Part shown: piece after piece, positions 1 through 8,849 of the stretch | How the letters are laid out: each line of letters starts with the position of its first letter | How positions within the stretch are numbered: the stretch's first letter is position 1 | Origin: Verrucomicrobiota bacterium | GTDB taxonomy: Bacteria > Verrucomicrobiota > Verrucomicrobiia > Chthoniobacterales > UBA10450 | Direction of reading: 5' to 3' | Length of the DNA stretch: 64,000 bases | Assembly: GCA_003221195.1 (NCBI GenBank) | Contig: QHQO01000018.1 | Coordinates: 3,950 to 67,949, forward strand | The notes under the pieces: generated by a model | The model's database searches: none | Told to the model about the DNA's origin: nothing | What the model saw: the letters and a program-made list of their open reading frames with translations, nothing else | Program-made: the position numbers and the translations under genes

Positions 1-1026
1 CTACGGCTTTGTTGCCAGAACCAGTGGTGAAGGCCCGGGCGCTTTCAGCTTTCGAACTTTTTTGAAACCCGCTTCTTCCAGCCAGTTTTTGATTTCGTTG
101 AAGCTGAAGGTGTCGCCTTTTTCAGTGTTGACCAGCATTTGCACGGCAAACATCAGTGAAGGTAGCGGTTCGGTGCGATCGTCGTTCACCAGCCATTCTG
201 CAATTGCGATCGTGCCGCCGGATTTTAGCGCGCGGAAAATCTTTCTGAGCAACCGACGGCTGCGACCTTCGCCTTCGCTATGCAAGATGTGACCAAGCGT
301 CGCGATGTCATAGCCGCTGCCGAAATTCGCCTCCAACATATCACCCTCGACATAATTAAAGCGATCGACGACGCCGAACTTTTGTGTGATTCGTTTCGTC
401 GTCGGAATCATTCCTGCCCAATCGACTGCGGTCACTCGCACCCGGGTCGATTTTTGGGCCAGGGCAATGCCCCAAATACCTGAACCGGCGCCAAGATCGA
501 GCACGCGAATTTCGTTCTTTGCCTTCGCTAACTTCAAATGATCGCCGAGCTTTTGCGCAGGCGGATAGCTCATCGGGATGATGTTTTCCACTAGCTGACT
601 GAAGAATTCGGTGCCTTCGGTTTCCTGGTTCACGGCCACGGCCGGACGACCTTCGCGAACGATATCGGACAATCGCAGCCATCGTGAAATGAGCTGGGGC
701 GCAATGGTTCCAAAAAAACCCGCGTGCGTTCCCGGCTTTTTGCTTAGAAGAAAGGCGGCGCTTTCGGGTGTTAGCGAATACTTTCCTTGGCGATTTTTCT
801 TTAGAAGACCTAGACCAACAAGCGCATTCATCAGAATCCCCAAAGCCCGCGCCGATGCCCCGGTTTTTGCTGCAACCTGCTCTGCCGTTTTTGCGTCGCC
901 CTCCAATGAATCGAAAATCTTGTTACTCACGCCCGCGCTGATGATCAGCGGCGGTGCGTAAGCGAAGCTAAGTTCCATCAAACGTTCAGGTGTGACTTGT
1001 TTTTTACCGCGAGTTTTCTTGGACAT
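1..1026 (-). CDS. Class I SAM-dependent O-methyltransferase (family-2 OMT architecture: N-terminal winged-helix/dimerisation region plus Rossmann methyltransferase)
   Basis: Complete 341-aa ORF (stop at 1-3, ATG at 1026). Contains SAM-binding motif I VLDLGAGSGIWGIALA and a downstream GGTIAIAEW block. The N-terminal ~100 aa resemble the HTH/dimerisation domain of OMTs. Confidence 0.8.
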   Translation of the reverse strand: MSKKTRGKKQVTPERLMELSFAYAPPLIISAGVSNKIFDSLEGDAKTAEQVAAKTGASARALGILMNALVGLGLLKKNRQGKYSLTPESAAFLLSKKPGTHAGFFGTIAPQLISRWLRLSDIVREGRPAVAVNQETEGTEFFSQLVENIIPMSYPPAQKLGDHLKLAKAKNEIRVLDLGAGSGIWGIALAQKSTRVRVTAVDWAGMIPTTKRITQKFGVVDRFNYVEGDMLEANFGSGYDIATLGHILHSEGEGRSRRLLRKIFRALKSGGTIAIAEWLVNDDRTEPLPSLMFAVQMLVNTEKGDTFSFNEIKNWLEEAGFKKVRKLKAPGPSPLVLATKP

Positions 1027-1080
1027 ATCAGATTTGAGGTTTCGAAAGCTAAGATCGACAGATAAGGTTGGGAATCAATT

Positions 1081-2286
1081 GTGACCGAGCATTCTACTGA
1101 ACTTGAGACTCCGCGCCTCACCGTCTTCTGCAAGACACGCGAAGAAATGGAAGCTGGCGAGCGCGCCGTTCTCGCGCCATTTGCAGAAAAGTCCGGAGAC
1201 TCGCGCCGCCGGCAATATTCAGAGCCCAGCCATTCATTTCGGACCGAATTTCAGAGGGATCGCGCACGCATCATTCATTCACGCGCCTTTCGTCGAATGG
1301 AGTATAAGACGCAGGTCTTTTTGAATGGAACGGGTGATCACCTGCGCACCCGGCTGACGCACTCCATTGAGGTCGCGTCTATCAGCCGCACGATTGCTCG
1401 CGCATTACGCCTGAATGAAGATCTCGCGGAAGCGATCGCGCTCGCGCACGATCTGGGACACGCGCCCTTTGGACATTCGGGCGAAGAGATGCTGGCTGAA
1501 TGCATGCGCGACCACGGCGGCTTCGATCATAACCGTCAGAGCGTGCGAGTGGTCGAGCTCCTTGAAGATCCCTATCCGAATTTTCCGGGTCTGAACTTGA
1601 CATTCGAAGTGCGCGAGGGCCTGCGGAAACATGGAGCATTTCATCAACTGGAAAAACTCACGGGACGGCAGGCTCGCGCTCCTTTACAAAACTATCGTTG
1701 CGCGTCGCTGGAAGCGCAGGTCGCGGACCTGGCGGACGAGATCACTTATTACAGTCACGACTTGGATGACGCAGTCGATTTCGAAGTCCTGAACGCGGCG
1801 CAACTGGAACAAAACGAGGTCTGGCGTCGAAGCATTCGAGCAGTGCTGGCACGCTACCATGACGCTCGTGAGCCGGAACTGCACAAGCTAATCATCCGAG
1901 ATATTATCGACGCGGAAGTACACGATCTGGTCTCGACCAGTGCAAAATCCATTGCCGATGCGGGCGTGCAAAGTTCAGACGAAGCGCGCCAGCAGCCAGC
2001 ACCCCTGATTCGTTACAGCGATGATTTGCTCCAGGCGAATCGCGATTTGCGAAAATTCCTGTACCAGAATGTTTATTACGATCCGCGCGTCTCCGAAGTA
2101 AATCGGCGGGCCTGCGAGATGTTGCGGCAGGTTTTCCAGGCGTACCTGGCGGATCCTGACAAGCTGGGCGAGACGGCGGCAAAACGAATTGAAATTGAGG
2201 GATTGCATCGCACGGTGTGCGATTACATCGCGGGAATGACCGATCGGTATTTGATGGAAGAACACGCGCGGATCGCAAACCTGTAG
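1081..2286 (+). CDS. dgt: dGTP triphosphohydrolase-like HD-domain phosphohydrolase
   Basis: 401 aa with a GTG start. Carries FQRDRARIIHSRAFRRMEYKTQVF, HD motifs THSIEVASISRTIA and AHDLGHAPFGHSGE, and the C-terminal DYIAGMTDRY typical of the dGTPase family. Confidence 0.85.
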   Translation: MTEHSTELETPRLTVFCKTREEMEAGERAVLAPFAEKSGDSRRRQYSEPSHSFRTEFQRDRARIIHSRAFRRMEYKTQVFLNGTGDHLRTRLTHSIEVASISRTIARALRLNEDLAEAIALAHDLGHAPFGHSGEEMLAECMRDHGGFDHNRQSVRVVELLEDPYPNFPGLNLTFEVREGLRKHGAFHQLEKLTGRQARAPLQNYRCASLEAQVADLADEITYYSHDLDDAVDFEVLNAAQLEQNEVWRRSIRAVLARYHDAREPELHKLIIRDIIDAEVHDLVSTSAKSIADAGVQSSDEARQQPAPLIRYSDDLLQANRDLRKFLYQNVYYDPRVSEVNRRACEMLRQVFQAYLADPDKLGETAAKRIEIEGLHRTVCDYIAGMTDRYLMEEHARIANL

Positions 2287-2367
2287 TCGCCGACCTCTGG
2301 GCGGCGCGATGCGCGCGATGTCAGACATTATCAGCGCCGCGTTTCGCAGAGCGAAACGGCTACAGGC

Positions 2368-3000
2368 TCACGCAGCCGCGCTTCCACTTTCTTCGCGAAG
2401 ATATTGAATCACGAGCCGCAGGCGTTTGTTAATAGATAATTCTTCGAGGACGCGTTGACGATGAAGGGGATCGCTCACAAATGTCGAGGTGACGAGATCA
2501 GCAAGCAATTCCGGGTCGCTCAAATCGGAAAGATACCGATCTACTTTAGGGGGAAGCTGCCGTGGTCCGTCTCCTTTCAGGTTCGAATAAAGCTCCAGCA
2601 CTTTCGCAGCCAGCGCTTCGGTTTCTACGGACGTGGTGGATTCGGATTCGAGGGACTCTATCATTGCAATAGGGAATGGCGCTTCCTGCTGAAAAGCCCT
2701 GAATCTGACACGTTCCAATCCCTGCAGAATCAGGTTCGACGTGCCATCGCTTCGTTCAACGCATGCGCGAATAAGACCAACGCTGGCAATGTGAAAAAAG
2801 TCTCCGGTCGAATTCCATTCAGCGCAGTGCGGCTTGAGCAGTGCAACGCAAAACATGCGGTGATGGGCGAGGGCGTGCTTTAACATCTCGCGATAGCGCG
2901 GCTCAAAAATATGAAGGGGAAGCAGCGCATGCGGAAAAAGCAGAGCGCCAGGCAACGGCATAACCGGCACTTTTTTTGGGAGGGTTACAGATGAGGACAT
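2368..3000 (-). CDS. LON N-terminal substrate-binding (LonN) domain protein
   Basis: PLPGALLFPHALLPLHIFEPRYREML is the canonical opening of the Lon N-terminal domain. I chose the ATG at 3000 (MSSSVTL...) over the 29-codon-longer track start at 3087, which runs into an octamer repeat. Confidence 0.75.
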   Translation of the reverse strand: MSSSVTLPKKVPVMPLPGALLFPHALLPLHIFEPRYREMLKHALAHHRMFCVALLKPHCAEWNSTGDFFHIASVGLIRACVERSDGTSNLILQGLERVRFRAFQQEAPFPIAMIESLESESTTSVETEALAAKVLELYSNLKGDGPRQLPPKVDRYLSDLSDPELLADLVTSTFVSDPLHRQRVLEELSINKRLRLVIQYLREESGSAAA

Positions 3001-3090
3001 GGCCTGTTCTTTCTTTGTACGATATGTGCGTTGGAGAAAGAGCAAGCGGTGGAGCGTAATTCGTAATTCATTACAACGCCAAAACATGGC

Positions 3091-3122
3091 CGATTTAACG
3101 CTTCAACGGTTTAACGATTTAA
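3091..3122. repeat. Tandem octamer repeat (CGNTTNAA)x4: cgatttaa cgcttcaa cggtttaa cgatttaa
   Basis: Read directly from the sequence. It overlaps the stop codon of aroD (3119-3121). A second array of the same unit lies at 30093-30116. Confidence 0.7.
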
Positions 3123-3814
3123 TGCGGCGGAGCCATTCCCAATGCCCGAAGCTGTTCCAGCGATATTTGCCCTTCGATGTCGCTTCGGCCGAGCGAAACA
3201 TATATAAGAGCCGATCCGCAACAGGCGAGGAGCACACGCGAAGCTGCGCCCAATTTACCGATTCCCATCGCGCTCACGGCAACGCCACGTTCCTTGGCCG
3301 CGACGAAATCGATCAATCGCGTCAGTTGCGCCGGAGTGTCGGTGCGTGTCGCCAGCTTGAAAATATCCGCGCCATACATCTTTGCCGCGCGCGCTTTCTC
3401 TCGCAGCTGATTGGGACTCGGAGTGCTTCTCAGGCAGTGCACCGAAATGATCCGCCGCACATTCTGCTTTCGAGCCATCCGAAGCAGCGACCGGAAGACT
3501 GGCGCCGAGCGTAGTTCGACGTCGATATAACGAGCCCGGGATAAGAATCGAGCGAGAAGATTGTGTCGTTGCGGCGCGGATAGTCGATTTGCGCCGCCTT
3601 CGATCGGATGTCGAGCCGTGATGATTAGCGGCACGCGCAACTTCGAAATCTCGTTTTCCAGTCGATCAATCGCCCGCACAAGACGATCCAGACGCAGTTC
3701 AAAAATATCCGGTGGCTTGCCCATTCGAAGGGCAAAATCGAGGTCCGCCGGCGACGTGATTACGCCCACTACACGATGACGTAGGCGAGGCCTTGCCAAA
3801 CTGCGCGCGATCAC
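3119..3814 (-). CDS. aroD: Type I 3-dehydroquinate dehydratase
   Basis: 231 aa. Pattern DIFELRLD...PLIITARHPIEGG...YIDVEL...ISVH...GADIFKLAT...VSAMGIGKLGAASRVL matches the type I DHQase TIM barrel, including the Schiff-base Lys context (KLAT). Lies 2 nt downstream of ribE. Confidence 0.75.
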   Translation of the reverse strand: MIARSLARPRLRHRVVGVITSPADLDFALRMGKPPDIFELRLDRLVRAIDRLENEISKLRVPLIITARHPIEGGANRLSAPQRHNLLARFLSRARYIDVELRSAPVFRSLLRMARKQNVRRIISVHCLRSTPSPNQLREKARAAKMYGADIFKLATRTDTPAQLTRLIDFVAAKERGVAVSAMGIGKLGAASRVLLACCGSALIYVSLGRSDIEGQISLEQLRALGMAPPH

Positions 3815-3816
3815 GT

Positions 3817-4425
3817 TTAGCGACCGGCCCCTGGCGCGTAGCGCGAAACCATTCGCTCAACGTACTTGGCCAGAATGTCGAACTCGAGGTTCATTAGATC
3901 ACCCGGTTGGGCCCGGTCCAGGTTGGTATGCGTTTTCGTGTAACGAATAATCCACGTCACGAAACTTGTCGGAAGAACATCGGCGACAGTAAGACTGATC
4001 CCATTGACCGCAATCGAACCCTTGCGCGCGACGTAATGGGCGAATGCGTCAGGTAACTCGATTTCCAATCGAAAATCTGCGCCGCTCTTCTGCCAGGCGA
4101 TGACCGGCGAAACACAATCGATGTGCCCTTGAATGAAATGTCCGCCAAAGCGCTCGCTTGCAGTAACGGCACGTTCGAGATTTACCAGCTGCTTCCGCTG
4201 CAAGTTTTTTAGATTTGTGCGAGCGATCGTCTCTTTCAAAAGATCGAAAATCAACTCTTCGCCGCGATGTGAGTGCAGGGTGAGGCAACAACCGCTAACG
4301 GCCAAACTATCGCCACGCCGTATCTTTTTCGCGACGCGCGGAGCGGCAAGTTTCAATTGGTTGCCGCTTTTGCTTGTGTTCATCGCAATCACGGTGCCAA
4401 CTTCTTCGATTAAACCGGTGAACAT
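3817..4425 (-). CDS. ribE: Riboflavin synthase alpha chain
   Basis: 202 aa. N-terminus MFTGLIEEVGTV plus two internally repeated lumazine-binding halves (SLAVSGCCLT / SIAVNGISLTV). Confidence 0.9.
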   Translation of the reverse strand: MFTGLIEEVGTVIAMNTSKSGNQLKLAAPRVAKKIRRGDSLAVSGCCLTLHSHRGEELIFDLLKETIARTNLKNLQRKQLVNLERAVTASERFGGHFIQGHIDCVSPVIAWQKSGADFRLEIELPDAFAHYVARKGSIAVNGISLTVADVLPTSFVTWIIRYTKTHTNLDRAQPGDLMNLEFDILAKYVERMVSRYAPGAGR

Positions 4426-4434
4426 TCTGAAGAG

Positions 4435-4469
4435 CTTAAGTTTTCAGTTTTAGGGAATCTGAACTTAAG
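4435..4469. promoter_or_regulatory. 35-nt palindrome CTTAAGTTTTCAG-N11-CTGAACTTAAG in the divergent ribE/nhaA intergenic region (candidate operator)
   Basis: The arms cttaagtt(t)tcag and ctgaacttaag are reverse complements with one bulged T. The site lies 10 nt upstream of the ribE ATG and about 60 nt upstream of nhaA. Confidence 0.3.
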
Positions 4470-4531
4470 ACTTAACACTTCTTCATACCTATTTCATTAG
4501 CGTCCGTTGGTCGTTAGAAAATAAGCGTGTA

Positions 4532-5851
4532 TTGCCCATGGCTGTTCATTTAAGGAAACTCCCGCCTACTATCTTTCAACGCTTTTTCCGCACCGAGACA
4601 GCTGGCGGATCAGTCTTGCTGCTGTTCGGCATTGCTGCGCTGGCCCTGGCGAACTCACCGCTCGCCGCACCGTATGCGGGTATTTGGCGAACGCCGTTAG
4701 CCCTGGGGATAGCGAATTACTCGCTTTCACTGACGTTGCATCAATGGGTCAACGACGGACTGATGGCTCTTTTTTTCCTCTTGGTTGGCTTGGAGATCAA
4801 ACGGGAATTGGTCGTCGGTGAACTGGCCTCTGTGCGCAAAGCAACGCTTCCCATCGCGTGCGCTATCGGCGGCATGATTGTCCCGGCTGTGCTCTACTGG
4901 ATTTTCAACCCGATTGGATTTGGAGCGCGGGGGTGGGGTATTCCCATTGCGACCGATATTGCCTTTGCCCTCGCCGCACTGGCATTGATAGCGCCGCGTG
5001 CGCCAACCGGTGCAAGGGTATTTTTGACTGCGCTGGCGATCGTTGACGATGTGGGGGCGGTGCTTGTCATTGCTACTTTCTATTCACAAACCATCGCGTG
5101 GGGAGCCCTCGGCATCGCAGGCCTGCTGATTTTGGTGTTGTTCGGATTTAACGCAATTGGAGTGCATCGGCTGTGGCCATATTTGTTAGTCGGAGTGGTG
5201 CTCTGGTATTTTGTGCATCAGTCCGGGGTGCACGCGACGGTTGCTGGGGTGGCCCTCGCTTGCGCCATTCCCACGCGCACCCGAAGCAACGCAACGCAAT
5301 TCTCTCGGGAGGCGCGCTCAGTTTTGGATCGATTTGACCAAACCGAGAGCGGCGATCTTATCGTTTTGACCAGTAAGGGACAGCAGGAAGCGCTCTTTGC
5401 ACTCGAGTATGCAACGCAGAGCGTAACGGCGCCGATTCTGAGGCTTGAACACGCTCTGCATAAATTCTCAGCATTCGTGGTGATGCCGCTGTTCGCCGCG
5501 GCGAACGCTGGAGTGACCGTAGCGTTACCGATCCGGCATGCAAAGATTGCCGTCGGAGTGTTGGTCGGACTGGTTCTTGGCAAACCGCTGGGGATTATGG
5601 CGGCGGCTCTGCTCGCAGTTAAGTCAGGCGTTGCCAAACTTCCTCACGCTGTGAGCTGGACATCTTTGCTCGGTTATGCGTGGCTCGCCGGAATCGGTTT
5701 TACCATGTCGCTATTTATCGCAATGCTTGCGTTCGATGAGACTGCGTCGGTTGGGGCCGCAAAGTTGGGCATCCTTGCCGGCTCGCTCGCGGCTGGGGTC
5801 GCGGGAGCCATTGCCCTGAGGATTGCCTCAGGTTTTCGTAATGATAAATAG
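4532..5851 (+). CDS. nhaA: Na+/H+ antiporter NhaA
   Basis: 439 aa, polytopic. Contains WVNDGLMALFFLLVGLEIKRE and IATDIAFAL (the DD-equivalent region), diagnostic of NhaA. Confidence 0.9.
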   Translation: MPMAVHLRKLPPTIFQRFFRTETAGGSVLLLFGIAALALANSPLAAPYAGIWRTPLALGIANYSLSLTLHQWVNDGLMALFFLLVGLEIKRELVVGELASVRKATLPIACAIGGMIVPAVLYWIFNPIGFGARGWGIPIATDIAFALAALALIAPRAPTGARVFLTALAIVDDVGAVLVIATFYSQTIAWGALGIAGLLILVLFGFNAIGVHRLWPYLLVGVVLWYFVHQSGVHATVAGVALACAIPTRTRSNATQFSREARSVLDRFDQTESGDLIVLTSKGQQEALFALEYATQSVTAPILRLEHALHKFSAFVVMPLFAAANAGVTVALPIRHAKIAVGVLVGLVLGKPLGIMAAALLAVKSGVAKLPHAVSWTSLLGYAWLAGIGFTMSLFIAMLAFDETASVGAAKLGILAGSLAAGVAGAIALRIASGFRNDK

Positions 5852-8765
5852 GTCCCATCCGGCTCCTGAGACGCATGTGTCATATGGGGCGCAGTCGTGC
5901 GGCGTCCATGTGAGCGTGCCAGTTGCTGTTCTCTCTGCCATTCTTTTTCTGTCTGGAATAGGCGCGCTGATCTTCGAAACGCTCTGGCTGCGGTTAAGCG
6001 GCCTGGCGTTTGGGAACTCCATCTGGGCGGCGGCGTTGATCCTTTCCAGTTTCATGGCCGGCCTGGCACTAGGGAACGCGATCGCAGCATCATCGAGAAT
6101 TCGGCGATGGCGACCGCTTCATCTTTACGCCCTGCTGGAGGTGCTGGTTGCTTTGCTTGGTTGCACAATCGTTTTTGGTCTACCGGCGCTGGGCGAATTG
6201 TTGCGGCCCGTGTGGCAAACACTCTGGAATTATCAGCCCATGCTTCTCGGACTGCGATTCATTGTCTCTTTCCTAATTCTACTTCTGCCGACAACGGCGA
6301 TGGGCCTGACGCTGCCGGTGTTGATCGAAGATCCGATGTTGCGGCATACGAATTTTGGGCGCGTGATTGGTTTTCTGTATGGCTCGAACACTTTAGGCGC
6401 GGTGGTCGGTGCTGTGCTTGGTGAAGGCTGTCTCATCGCAGCGTTCGGCCTTCGAGGCACGAGTTTGGTTGCAGGTTTAGCGAGTTGCATCGCCGCAGCG
6501 GTGGCCTTATTCGTGGCGAAATTCCAAGGTGATACCAGTGCGCATGTTTTGCAGCCAACCTTTCCGCTCCGCCTGGATGCGAGGTATCGACCACCGTGGC
6601 ATCTGCTTTTGGTCAGCTTTGGAACCGGTTGCATTCTTCTTTCGCTTGAAGTGATTTGGTTCCGGTTTCTGCGGTTGTATGTCGTTTCCTTACCCATCGC
6701 ATTCGCACTGATGCTCGCGGTTGTGCTGGCGGGAATCGGGCTAGGCAGCATTGCGGCCGGCGCGGTTAATCGCCGTTCAGCCTGGCTGCATCAATTACTT
6801 CCTGTTCTATTGCTTCTGGCGGCGATTGCCGTGCTTTTGTCATACTTATTCTTTCCGGGCGAGGCAGTAAGAACACCCGCTGGTGCTTTTAGTCTCACTT
6901 CTTGGCACCAGATTGCTCTTCTTTGCCTAGCCTTGATGTTCCCGGCCTCGTTCTTGTCGGGGATTTTGTTCCCGACCATCGTCGCGCTTGTTCAAGCGAG
7001 TGCGGAAGACCGGATGAATAGCACTGGAATCACGACCTTGTTCAACACGACCGGGGCGGCAGTTGGTCCACTCATTGCAAGTTTTGTGTTGTTACCTGCC
7101 ATCGGCTATCAATGGAGTCTCCTGATCTGTGCCGCTGGTTATGTCCTGCTCGGCATTCTGGTTAGCGAAGGCTCGAGTTGGTCAATTCGGCGCCCAATCG
7201 GTGTGGCCACCATCGCATTTTGCGGGACCGCGATCCTCCTTTTTGCGATCTTTCCTTATCATCGCGCTGAATCGCACTTCGAACATGCAAGTCGCCCTTA
7301 CGAAACTGAGCAAGGCGAAGTGCTTGCGCATGTTGTGAAAAGAATCGAAAGCACTTCGGACACATTACAGCTGCTGCGACGCGATCTCTTTGGTGAACCG
7401 TACTACTACCGGATGCTGACCAACGCCTTTACGATGTCGGCTACAAATCCTCACAGTCAGCGATACATGCGATTATTCGCCTATCTCCCGTTGGCTCTTC
7501 GTCCGGAATCAGAAGACGTGCTGCTTCTTTGCTACGGCTGTGGAGTGACGGCGGACGCATTTCTTCATGGACCAAACGTCAAGAGAATGGATGTCGTGGA
7601 CATTTCGAAAGAAGTGCTCCAGCTCGCTGATTTCTATGCGGGAATTAATTACTCGAATCCGTTGCGCGATCCGCGGGCGACGACCTTCATTCAGGATGGC
7701 CGCTTCTTCCTCCAGGCCAGTCCGCGGCAGTATGACATCATTTCCGGCGAACCGCCTCCGCCGAAAGTGGCGGGTTCAGTTAACCTCTACACCGAGGAAT
7801 TTTTCTCGCTGATGAAGAGCCGCTTGAAAGAAGGCGGGATTGCCACCTTTTGGCTACCGATTAACCAGCTGAAAATAGACGAAGCAAAAGCGATCCTGCG
7901 CGCGTTCCACAATGCGTTCCCGAACGCGTCGGTCTGGGCCGATGCCGACGAGGAATGGATTATGATGGGCATCAATGGTCCCGGGCGTAGGATGAATGAG
8001 GAGGAGTTGCGGCGGTTGTGGAGCGACTCCGCGACAGGCGCGGATTTAAAACGCATCGGCGTCGAGGTCCCGCAGCAACTTGGCGCGCTTTTCTTGATGG
8101 ACGGCGACGAAATTGATCTCATCGCGCGTGATACCGCCCCTGTGACGGATAACTACCCGAAACGGCTGAGCGATGCGGCATGGGACGAAGACGCGAACTT
8201 GCGCTTTACTTCCGCCTACATGGACCCGCCTTCCGCTGCCGACCGTTTTGTTCGGTCTCCGATGATCGCCCGAATCTGGCCGGAGACACTAAATAAATCG
8301 ATCAAATCATTATTTGCCGTTCGTGAAACGCGATTTCTTTCCCAAACAATTGGAACCAACAAACTGGCCGAGCTGGATCTTTATCTCCGTGGCTCGCGTC
8401 TGCGGACGCCGGTTCTAGAAGTCCTGGGTAGCGACGAATTCCGGCTTGCGTTGGCAGAGCGGATTGCCAGCAACTCAGCCGCGCCACCGCTTGAGATTCT
8501 GCCGGACTTGATTGCCGGCGCGCTGGCGCGGCGCGATATCGGCGAGGCGGTTCGCCTTCTGGAGGACAAGAAAGCTCGCGGCATGTTTAGTCTCAACGAC
8601 ACGTTCCTTCTTACCTATCTTTACTGCTTAAACGGCAATGTGGAGAAAGCGGAAGCGCTCGCCGCCAACAATGCAGCCGCCATCAAAAAAGACAAAAAAG
8701 ATGGATTCGTTGATTGGCTGTGGGGAAAATTGGAAACCGATTTCGGATTTCATCCGCCGTATTAG
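5841..8765 (+). CDS. Fused polytopic membrane (MFS-like) / spermidine-synthase-like protein with C-terminal helical-repeat extension
   Basis: About 974 aa from the ATG at 5841 (the track start at 5823 is an alternative start codon); it overlaps the nhaA end by 11 nt. The first ~480 aa have at least 12 hydrophobic helices. A class I MTase/spermidine-synthase core follows (LLLCYGCGVTADAF...VDISKEV...FIQDGRFFL...YDIISGEPPPP...LYTEEFF). The last ~250 aa are a helical tail. Confidence 0.7.
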   Translation: MINRSHPAPETHVSYGAQSCGVHVSVPVAVLSAILFLSGIGALIFETLWLRLSGLAFGNSIWAAALILSSFMAGLALGNAIAASSRIRRWRPLHLYALLEVLVALLGCTIVFGLPALGELLRPVWQTLWNYQPMLLGLRFIVSFLILLLPTTAMGLTLPVLIEDPMLRHTNFGRVIGFLYGSNTLGAVVGAVLGEGCLIAAFGLRGTSLVAGLASCIAAAVALFVAKFQGDTSAHVLQPTFPLRLDARYRPPWHLLLVSFGTGCILLSLEVIWFRFLRLYVVSLPIAFALMLAVVLAGIGLGSIAAGAVNRRSAWLHQLLPVLLLLAAIAVLLSYLFFPGEAVRTPAGAFSLTSWHQIALLCLALMFPASFLSGILFPTIVALVQASAEDRMNSTGITTLFNTTGAAVGPLIASFVLLPAIGYQWSLLICAAGYVLLGILVSEGSSWSIRRPIGVATIAFCGTAILLFAIFPYHRAESHFEHASRPYETEQGEVLAHVVKRIESTSDTLQLLRRDLFGEPYYYRMLTNAFTMSATNPHSQRYMRLFAYLPLALRPESEDVLLLCYGCGVTADAFLHGPNVKRMDVVDISKEVLQLADFYAGINYSNPLRDPRATTFIQDGRFFLQASPRQYDIISGEPPPPKVAGSVNLYTEEFFSLMKSRLKEGGIATFWLPINQLKIDEAKAILRAFHNAFPNASVWADADEEWIMMGINGPGRRMNEEELRRLWSDSATGADLKRIGVEVPQQLGALFLMDGDEIDLIARDTAPVTDNYPKRLSDAAWDEDANLRFTSAYMDPPSAADRFVRSPMIARIWPETLNKSIKSLFAVRETRFLSQTIGTNKLAELDLYLRGSRLRTPVLEVLGSDEFRLALAERIASNSAAPPLEILPDLIAGALARRDIGEAVRLLEDKKARGMFSLNDTFLLTYLYCLNGNVEKAEALAANNAAAIKKDKKDGFVDWLWGKLETDFGFHPPY

Positions 8766-8849
8766 AAGCCGGCAAAAGGTAATCATGTCGCTTATCGATT
8801 TTCCAAGCCGATGTGATCATCGCGCCGGCGAACTAAGAACCAGCGTTTA

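Noticed and set aside
4426-4531. Possible FMN riboswitch upstream of ribE
   Set aside because: The region is only ~105 nt, AT-rich and dominated by one palindrome. None of the conserved FMN-element helices or sequence blocks is recognisable.
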